A stretch of DNA of 64,000 bases from Candidatus Latescibacterota bacterium. GTDB taxonomy: Bacteria; Latescibacterota; UBA2968; GCA-2709665. Below, piece after piece: positions 59,462-64,000 of this stretch; position 1 is the first letter of the stretch, and each line of letters opens with the position of its first letter. The DNA is taken from contig CBDDDZ010000005.1 in assembly GCA_965226795.1 (NCBI GenBank), forward strand, positions 1,248,001-1,312,000, in the 5' to 3' direction. A program made the translations under genes and the position numbers. The notes beneath the pieces are model-generated. The model had not been told where the DNA came from. It searched no databases and saw only the letters and a list, made by a program, of their open reading frames with translations.

Positions 59462-60787
59462 CTATGCGTTCAGGTATTCGAGCGTATGCGCTGCAGCCCG
59501 ATAGCCGCTTTCGACGGCGCTTTCCACCGTGGCCGGAAGACCGGTGTCGGTCCAGTCTCCTGCAATGAAGAGACCGGGCGCGGCAGTGCGATTGGGTGGG
59601 GGTGAATGGCCCCGAGGAAGCGCGAATGTTGCCTGTCGTTCACGCACAACCAGATGGTGCTCCAGAGGTATTTTTCTGGTTTCGGGCAGAAACGTATGCA
59701 GGTCTTTCAGTGCGATTTCCACGAGTCTTTCATCCGGCTGGTCTACCAGGCCGTCGGCGGCGCTTGCAACCAGGGTAACGTGCCCGGCTGACGCTCTGTC
59801 GCGACCGTCGTAGAGCATTGGTTTGTTGAATACCCAGTCCATGCGGCCCTCGAGGAGGCCAATGAAGGGCCTGTTGAGAACCGGCCGCTTGAACCATAGA
59901 TTGACCGAAAGGATAGGCGAAGGATAGAAGGCACTCAAACGTGCTTTGAGGTCTTCGAAGCCATCTGGCAACAGGCGAGACAGCGCGGGCGGCGCAATCG
60001 CGCAGATCGCGGCATCCGCCGTCACAACTCTGCCCGATCTAAAACGGATCCGTATTTTGTCGTTTTTGGTAACGCGCAGTTCTGCGGCAGCCTCGCCGAC
60101 GTGGCACGTGCCGCCATGCCGCTGGATGAAAGTACTTGCCGCGCCGGTATACATCGCGCTGAGTCCCACGCCGGCATGGCCCATCAGGGTTGACTCGGAG
60201 CGCCCGAAAAACGCCAGTTTCAGGACGGACTTCAGATGTGAGGCCGGGGCCGCATCCGGTTGTTGATTCAGCGCGGAAATGCAGAGCGGATCCCAGAACG
60301 CCTGCCGGATGGATGGAGATTGCTTGCATTCCTCCAGCCATTCGTTCACGGTGAGGCCGGGTGGCGTGGGGGCCCTGAGGGCGGATCTGACGTGACGCAG
60401 CCGCACGACGTCCCCCATGTCGACCGGCTTGTAACGCATAAAGCCGGCCAACAGATTGAGGGGAGGCGGTAGCAACCGGGGAAACGAGAGTGCGGTGCGC
60501 CCAACGCCGGGTTGGATAAAATCCAGACGGAATTGTTCCTGGAAACGCAGGCGGTCCCCGGTGCCTATGGTTTCCAGGAACTCCCGGGTCTTGAGATAAC
60601 ATTTCATAAATAGGTGCTGGCCATTGTCTACGGTATCGCCCGTTGTGCGATCCGTAAACGAATAGGCCCGGCCACCCAGGTGTTTTCTGCGCTCAAACAG
60701 GCTGACGTTGCAGGTACCGCGTTCCACAAGGCGAACACCCGCAGCGAGACCGGCAAAGCCGCCGCCGATAACAATCACGTTACCCAC
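59462..60787 (-). CDS. hpnE: Hydroxysqualene dehydroxylase
   Basis: FAD motif GGGFAG, LGGRAYS, DNGQH, ERQATF, AGDWTDTGLPATVESAV. Follows hpnCD. Confidence 0.92.
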   Translation of the reverse strand: MGNVIVIGGGFAGLAAGVRLVERGTCNVSLFERRKHLGGRAYSFTDRTTGDTVDNGQHLFMKCYLKTREFLETIGTGDRLRFQEQFRLDFIQPGVGRTALSFPRLLPPPLNLLAGFMRYKPVDMGDVVRLRHVRSALRAPTPPGLTVNEWLEECKQSPSIRQAFWDPLCISALNQQPDAAPASHLKSVLKLAFFGRSESTLMGHAGVGLSAMYTGAASTFIQRHGGTCHVGEAAAELRVTKNDKIRIRFRSGRVVTADAAICAIAPPALSRLLPDGFEDLKARLSAFYPSPILSVNLWFKRPVLNRPFIGLLEGRMDWVFNKPMLYDGRDRASAGHVTLVASAADGLVDQPDERLVEIALKDLHTFLPETRKIPLEHHLVVRERQATFALPRGHSPPPNRTAAPGLFIAGDWTDTGLPATVESAVESGYRAAAHTLEYLNA

Positions 60788-61644
60788 GGCGACTTCTCTC
60801 GCATTCCGACCCGGCTGCGAAGACAGAGGTCCAGTGCGATGCCCAGCTTATTCAGATTGTTCACGCGAATCGGATGCTTATAGACGTTGTAGTTGACCGC
60901 TTCGATACGTCTGAGAAGACGGCTGTAGATGCAACCCATGATTTCTGCCGGAAAAAGGCTCTGGCGATCTTCTTCCGGCAGGTATTGCGTCGCTTTCTTG
61001 TAGTAACTCCAGGCCCGTCGGCATTGGAATTGCATCAGGTTGCGAAACCGGGACGTGGAGACCCCTGCAAATAGATCTTTTTCCGGGTAATTGAAGCGTT
61101 TCAGATCCTCCAGAGGCAGATAGATGCGATCTCTCAATGCGTCGGACTTGATGTCTCGAAGGATGTTGGTGAGTTGGAGGGCAATCCCGAGGTTGACGGC
61201 ATAGTCCTGGGATGCCCGTTTGGTATAGCCGAAGATTTCGATGCAGATGAGGCCGACAATGGAGGCGACGCGGTAACAATATTCGTATAGATCGCCGAAG
61301 GTCTGGTAGCGATTTGTGACAAGGTCCATCTCCACGCCGTCAATCAGCTTGAGAAAGTGTTCTTTAGGGATTCTGAAGTTTTCCAGGGCTTTGTGCAGGT
61401 TGGTCGTTATCGGGTGTTGTGGCCTGCCGTCGAAACACGCGTGGGTTTCGGCGCGCCAGTTAGAGAGGTTTCGGGCGGCATTTTCTCGTGAAGCCGCGTC
61501 GTCAACCAGGTCGTCGGTGTAACGGCTGAAGGCGTACGTGGCGAAGATGGCGTCTCGCTTCGTTCTGGGGAGAAAAACGAAAGCGTAATAGAAATTGCTG
61601 CGCGCCTTGCGCACGAGCGCCGCGGTGTAGGATTTGATATTCAT
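60775..61644 (-). CDS. hpnD: Presqualene diphosphate synthase
   Basis: SNFYYAF, DDLVD, YCYRVAS, LQLTNILRD, RIYLP. Confidence 0.9.
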   Translation of the reverse strand: MNIKSYTAALVRKARSNFYYAFVFLPRTKRDAIFATYAFSRYTDDLVDDAASRENAARNLSNWRAETHACFDGRPQHPITTNLHKALENFRIPKEHFLKLIDGVEMDLVTNRYQTFGDLYEYCYRVASIVGLICIEIFGYTKRASQDYAVNLGIALQLTNILRDIKSDALRDRIYLPLEDLKRFNYPEKDLFAGVSTSRFRNLMQFQCRRAWSYYKKATQYLPEEDRQSLFPAEIMGCIYSRLLRRIEAVNYNVYKHPIRVNNLNKLGIALDLCLRSRVGMREKSPWVT

Positions 61645-62570
61645 AGCGGAAGAAACCGGGAATGGTCACCCCGACGCGGATTCCGGAAGAGGGCCCGGAA
61701 GAACAGGCCGGGAATATCCCTTTTTTCGATCTTCGGGCGGCGCCGGAAAATATCGTACCCCCCGGTGCAGATCTTGTCGAGGATTCGCAATCCGCTCAGC
61801 CAGGTCAGCCGGAGTTCGTATTTGAGTCGGCCCGAGACCAGATCCGGCAGTTCGGACCCCTTTCGAAAAAGTGCTCTGGTGCGGTCGATCTCGCAGGCCA
61901 ACAGGGCCTTGAAGCCATCGGTGAGTCGTCTTTCAGCCAGATCGTCTTCCGTTACGCCGAAACGGGCCATGTCGTCCTGGGGCAGGTAGATGCGGCCCCG
62001 GGAAAAGTCGATTGCGATATCCTGCCAGAAGTTGGCCAGTTGAAGTGCCGTACAAATCAGATCCGAAAGATATCGGCGGCGGTCGTCCCTGCAAGCAAAA
62101 AGATGCAGAATGAGGCGGCCGACCGGCGCGGCGGAGTACCGGCAGTAAGCCAGCAGATGGTTGAATGTCCGGTGCCTGTGCGTGACCACATCCAATTTAA
62201 ACGCATGGATCAGGTCGTGTAGATGTTGGCGAGGGATCTGTTGGGACCGGATCGTTTCGGCGAGGGCAGTCAGTATGGGGCCTTCGGGAGATTCCATGCA
62301 CGTGTCGAGTTTTGCTTCCCATTCCTCCAGCCGTTCCATGCGTTCATCGGGAGCCAGGCCGGGTTCATCGGCCAGGTCATCGGCAGTACGTGCGAATGCG
62401 TAGATGCTGTATACGTGAGGACGTATCCTGGCGGGAATCAGATGGGAACCCACCGGGAAGTTTTCGTAGTGGCTTCGTGTCAGGGATTCGCAATAGGCGA
62501 ATGCGTCGTTGAGTGCTATGCCAGACGACGCATTCGGTAGTGAGACCACCGGATTGGTATGGGTGTCCAT
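61641..62570 (-). CDS. hpnC: Hydroxysqualene synthase
   Basis: HYENFPVGS, FARTADDLADE, YCRYSAAPVGR, ALQLANFWQD. Confidence 0.92.
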   Translation of the reverse strand: MDTHTNPVVSLPNASSGIALNDAFAYCESLTRSHYENFPVGSHLIPARIRPHVYSIYAFARTADDLADEPGLAPDERMERLEEWEAKLDTCMESPEGPILTALAETIRSQQIPRQHLHDLIHAFKLDVVTHRHRTFNHLLAYCRYSAAPVGRLILHLFACRDDRRRYLSDLICTALQLANFWQDIAIDFSRGRIYLPQDDMARFGVTEDDLAERRLTDGFKALLACEIDRTRALFRKGSELPDLVSGRLKYELRLTWLSGLRILDKICTGGYDIFRRRPKIEKRDIPGLFFRALFRNPRRGDHSRFLPL

Positions 62571-62668
62571 GTATATAAAGATAATTGAAAAATTTCGACT
62601 TCGCCACCGGTTTGTATTTGTGCAAAGCTGTAATTGAGAGGTTCGCTGGAAGACAAGGAGACTTTTGA

Positions 62669-63280
62669 ATGACAGATCGAACACGGCCGGCAGCCGGCCC
62701 TCGCGTCATCCCTCCGGCGAGTGGTGATGAGAGGTATCACCAGGTCCATGTCTATTTCGGGTTCGGAAAGGGGAAGACGACGTGTTGCGTGGGCCTGGCA
62801 ATCCGTGTTCTGGGGGCTGGTGGACAGGTGTCCTTTGTACAGTTCGACAAGGGGTACGACGGAGAAACGGAGCACTACTCAGAGCGCCGCGTTCTGAGGG
62901 GACTGGACGGCATCGAACTGCATCCGACGGGATGTGAGCGCATGATGCAGGATGGGACGTTTCGGTTCGGAGCGGAGCCTCAGGACATTGAGGAAGCCCG
63001 GCGCGGACTCGAGATAGCCCGGTTGCTCCTGCGGGAGGGCACGCAGGATCTGCTGCTTCTGGATGAGATTCTCGCGGCGGTCGCCTATGGTCTTCTGCAA
63101 CGGTCGGACGTGATGGATCTGCTGGACCTGTACGACGGGGACCGCCGGTGTGAACTGGCGCTTTCAGGTCACAAGGTCTGGGACGCCCTGGTTGAACGGG
63201 TAGATCTGGCGACGGAGATGCGCAAGGTGAAGCATTATTACGCGCAGGGCATTCCCGCAAGGAAAGGGATCGAGTTCTGA
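62669..63280 (+). CDS. cobO: Cob(I)alamin adenosyltransferase (CobA/CobO/BtuR)
   Basis: YFGFGKGKTT, VQFDK, LLLDEI, TEMRKVKH, ARKGIEF. Confidence 0.92.
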   Translation: MTDRTRPAAGPRVIPPASGDERYHQVHVYFGFGKGKTTCCVGLAIRVLGAGGQVSFVQFDKGYDGETEHYSERRVLRGLDGIELHPTGCERMMQDGTFRFGAEPQDIEEARRGLEIARLLLREGTQDLLLLDEILAAVAYGLLQRSDVMDLLDLYDGDRRCELALSGHKVWDALVERVDLATEMRKVKHYYAQGIPARKGIEF

Positions 63281-63371
63281 CTGCCCGCAGCGTGCGCTTC
63301 GAGGTGGCAGCCACCATGCCATCCTGTGCGAATGCGGTGATGTCAACAAGGCCCTTTGGATTGTGCGAAAT

Positions 63372-63401
63372 GCCTGCCGTCAGCGGACGGTCGGCTTTTT
63401 T
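63372..63401 (+). terminator. Probable Rho-independent terminator
   Basis: GCC-GCCGTC..GACGG-CGGC hairpin plus TTTTTT. Confidence 0.55.
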
Positions 63402-63553
63402 GTGTGCAACAGGCATGGGAAAAGTGTTTGTTTAGGCCTGTTCGCGCGTTTATCTTGTGCATCGTTTCGGGTCAGGCGACGTTTTTCCGACCAACAAAAC
63501 AGACCCCCGGATCTTTGTTCCAGAGGTCTGTTTTTAGCTGAGTTCAGATTTAT

Positions 63554-63982
63554 TCAGTTTCCGCCCGGGACTCGAACTTCAAGGCTTTCATACCGGGAAA
63601 AATGCCGACGGTCGAAGGTATAAACGACCTTTAATTCTTGCGACAGCAACCAGGTCGCGTTATATGCGTCTCCGAAATCCACGTTCTTGTCTACATAGTC
63701 GGAAATGGCCTGGGAAATGATATTTCGATCTCCGACTTCCAAACCGGGCGTATTAATAATGGCCCTGATCATCGCCTGGATATCGACGCGGGGGAGTTTG
63801 TAGTACGACTCCAGAGCCCAGACGATCTCGGCGATCTCCAGAATGCCGGTCACGAGCGCAATTTCGCCAGCGCCTGCCCGACGCACAAGACACTCTACTG
63901 CATCGGCCTGCTCCGGGACATCAGTAGTCAAAAAACGCAAAAACACATTGGTCTCGGAAAATACGCGTTCAGGAACCGCCAT
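63554..63982 (-). CDS. PIN-domain (VapC-like) toxin
   Basis: ETNVFLRFL, EIVWALESYY, DFGDAY, YTFDRRHF. Any antitoxin would lie beyond the window edge. Confidence 0.85.
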   Translation of the reverse strand: MAVPERVFSETNVFLRFLTTDVPEQADAVECLVRRAGAGEIALVTGILEIAEIVWALESYYKLPRVDIQAMIRAIINTPGLEVGDRNIISQAISDYVDKNVDFGDAYNATWLLSQELKVVYTFDRRHFSRYESLEVRVPGGN

Positions 63983-64000
63983 GCGTTCTCTTACCGGTAC

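Noticed and set aside
62570..62669. Cobalamin riboswitch upstream of cobO
   Set aside because: The gap is only ~100 bp, AT-rich, and lacks B12-box motifs.
63554..63982. PIN toxin with ETN rather than DTN as an inactive or novel variant
   Set aside because: The change is a conservative acidic one, the other acidic residues are present, and the context is cut by the window edge.

Overview
GC-rich bacterial chromosome segment with about 40 genes, two tRNAs (Glu-CTC, Arg-ACG) and a candidate 6S-like RNA. No rRNA, CRISPR array or intact mobile element was seen. The recurring 'DFDGxGxVxFxDFLxFxxxFG' double EF-hand (dockerin-like) modules, plus Calx-beta/FN3/FG-GAP/cadherin surface proteins and many sulfatase, lyase and Gfo/Idh/MocA genes, suggest an FCB-group organism such as Ca. 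Latescibacterota, possibly host-associated (inference only). Most of the window is intact: mraY, peptidases, GGT, GH5, a Dpp/Opp-type ABC transporter with a glycan-catabolic cluster, GT2, TonB-ExbBD, an RND pair, an FN3 lipoprotein, an NtrC-like regulator, thrC, hpnCDE, cobO and a PIN toxin. The standout is a ~16 kb accessory island (about 5.6-21.8 kb) between an IS3 transposase fossil and the 3' end of tRNA-Glu, in which all four large genes are frameshifted. It encodes a soluble beta-propeller/Y_Y_Y/sigma-54 activator flanked by two diverged copies of a ~580 bp cassette. Each copy has three CCATATATGG-type palindromes, an AT-rich tract, a sigma-54 -24/-12 promoter and a long shared leader. 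One copy precedes the activator and the other precedes a ~6 kb Ca-binding-repeat autotransporter adhesin. All calls come from motif recognition by eye; no database searches were run.
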